NCBI GenBank assembly: GCA_963799775.1
Contig: CAWCYD010000003.1
Location: 64,001-128,000 of the forward strand
Reading direction: 5' to 3'
From: an uncultured archaeon
GTDB taxonomy: Archaea; Thermoproteota; Nitrososphaeria; Nitrososphaerales; Gagatemarchaeaceae
DNA: 64,000 nt
The notes beneath the pieces were generated by a model, which did not search any database, was not told the origin of the DNA, and worked only from the letters and a program-made list of their open reading frames with translations. The position numbers were made by a program, and so were the translations under genes. Below, in pieces: positions 63,248 through 64,000 of this stretch (position 1 is its first letter; each line of letters begins with the position of its first letter).

Positions 63248-63850
63248 GTGACCGAGATTAGAGGCCTCAGGACGAGGTTCTGCCGCAACTGCGGGTCAAC
63301 GACACCCCATAGGACGCTCTACGTGAAGACCGAGACAGCCGGCCAATCCAGATGGTCGCAGATCTTCGGGCTCTGCACCGAATGCGACTCGCTGAACCGC
63401 GTGGTTCTGCCGCTCTACAGGCTGGTGTCTGTTCCATCCGAACTGCCATCACCGCTGGTCGCGCTGGTAGTCGAGGCTCTGAAAGCCGGCCCGCGGGATG
63501 GTCACGAACTCTTGTTAGATCTCAGGCGGAGACGGGACCAGCAAGTCCGGCACGTCTCCGGCTTGGATGTCGGGATGGCCATCGTCTACCTCAAGTCAAG
63601 AGGAGTTGTGGCAGAGGAGACGGTAGACCGGACGGCGTCGATCATGGACGCGCTGAGGGCGAGCCCCTGGAAGTCGAAGCACCTCGACCCGTGTCCTGCC
63701 GAACTTGAGCAGGGCCTCGCAAAGAAGAGCCTTGTCTCGGTGTACGCCCAAAGGCAAGTATCAGCAACGCATGTCAAAAGGGTAGGTTCTGTCGGCGTCG
63801 TCTGCCTTTCGTGTCCTTACTGCAAGATCGACCTAGAATCTATGATGTAG
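63248..63850 (+). CDS. Zinc-ribbon plus winged-helix-like protein
   Basis: CRNC...H...CTEC, VVEALKAGPRDGHELL...IVYLKSRGVV and C-terminal CLSC. Confidence 0.6.
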   Translation: MTEIRGLRTRFCRNCGSTTPHRTLYVKTETAGQSRWSQIFGLCTECDSLNRVVLPLYRLVSVPSELPSPLVALVVEALKAGPRDGHELLLDLRRRRDQQVRHVSGLDVGMAIVYLKSRGVVAEETVDRTASIMDALRASPWKSKHLDPCPAELEQGLAKKSLVSVYAQRQVSATHVKRVGSVGVVCLSCPYCKIDLESMM

Positions 63851-64000
63851 GAAGTGGATGGGCGATCGGTAGAGAGTTGCGGCTTAGTTAATACCCTCCC
63901 TCTTGGGTTTTTTTTGAACGTCTTCGACGTCTCTACGGATGGCTCCTGGTTCCTCGCTTCGTTGCGGAGTTCAGGGGAAAATGTGCCAGCATTAGCGCTT

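Larger units (their letters stand above)
56750..64000. mobile_element. tRNA-Glu-integrated element (right end not in window)
   Basis: Integrase starts about 70 bp after the tRNA 3' end, followed by cargo genes, a TA-like pair and an iteron-like array. Confidence 0.7.

Overview
GC-rich archaeal chromosomal segment. TATA-type promoters, a CdvB/Snf7 paralog, a geranylgeranyl reductase, TrmB and the nuo gene order suggest Nitrososphaerota, possibly a non-ammonia-oxidising lineage (inference). Content in order: (1) a bacterial-style glgX-ackA-xfp block; (2) a form III RuBisCO cluster with all catalytic residues intact, ribose-1,5-bisphosphate isomerase, PRPP synthase, a divergent HldE/RfaE-type kinase, split transketolase, Rpe and transaldolase, with no PRK or AMP phosphorylase in the window, plus an unannotated 56-aa Cys-rich ORF directly behind rbcL; (3) LUD-type hydroxyacid dehydrogenase genes, a class V aminotransferase and an atypical DnaK; (4) lower-GC accessory DNA at about 22-38 kb with a proteasome-beta-like Ntn hydrolase, a cassette flanked by 19-bp direct repeats, a G1 glutamic peptidase and an orphan toxin/immunity-like pair; (5) a nuoH-I-J-K-M-L-M-N complex I operon with two NuoM copies and a 372-aa LAGLIDADG intein splitting an Fe-S motif of NuoI; (6) a tRNA-Glu(TTC) with two D-arm insertions, followed by an integrated element carrying a tyrosine integrase, cargo genes separated by a recurring ~35-bp motif and a ~21-bp-periodic iteron-like array. 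Many housekeeping genes carry single frameshifts, most likely sequencing or assembly indels. All family calls come from motif recognition by eye, with no database searches.
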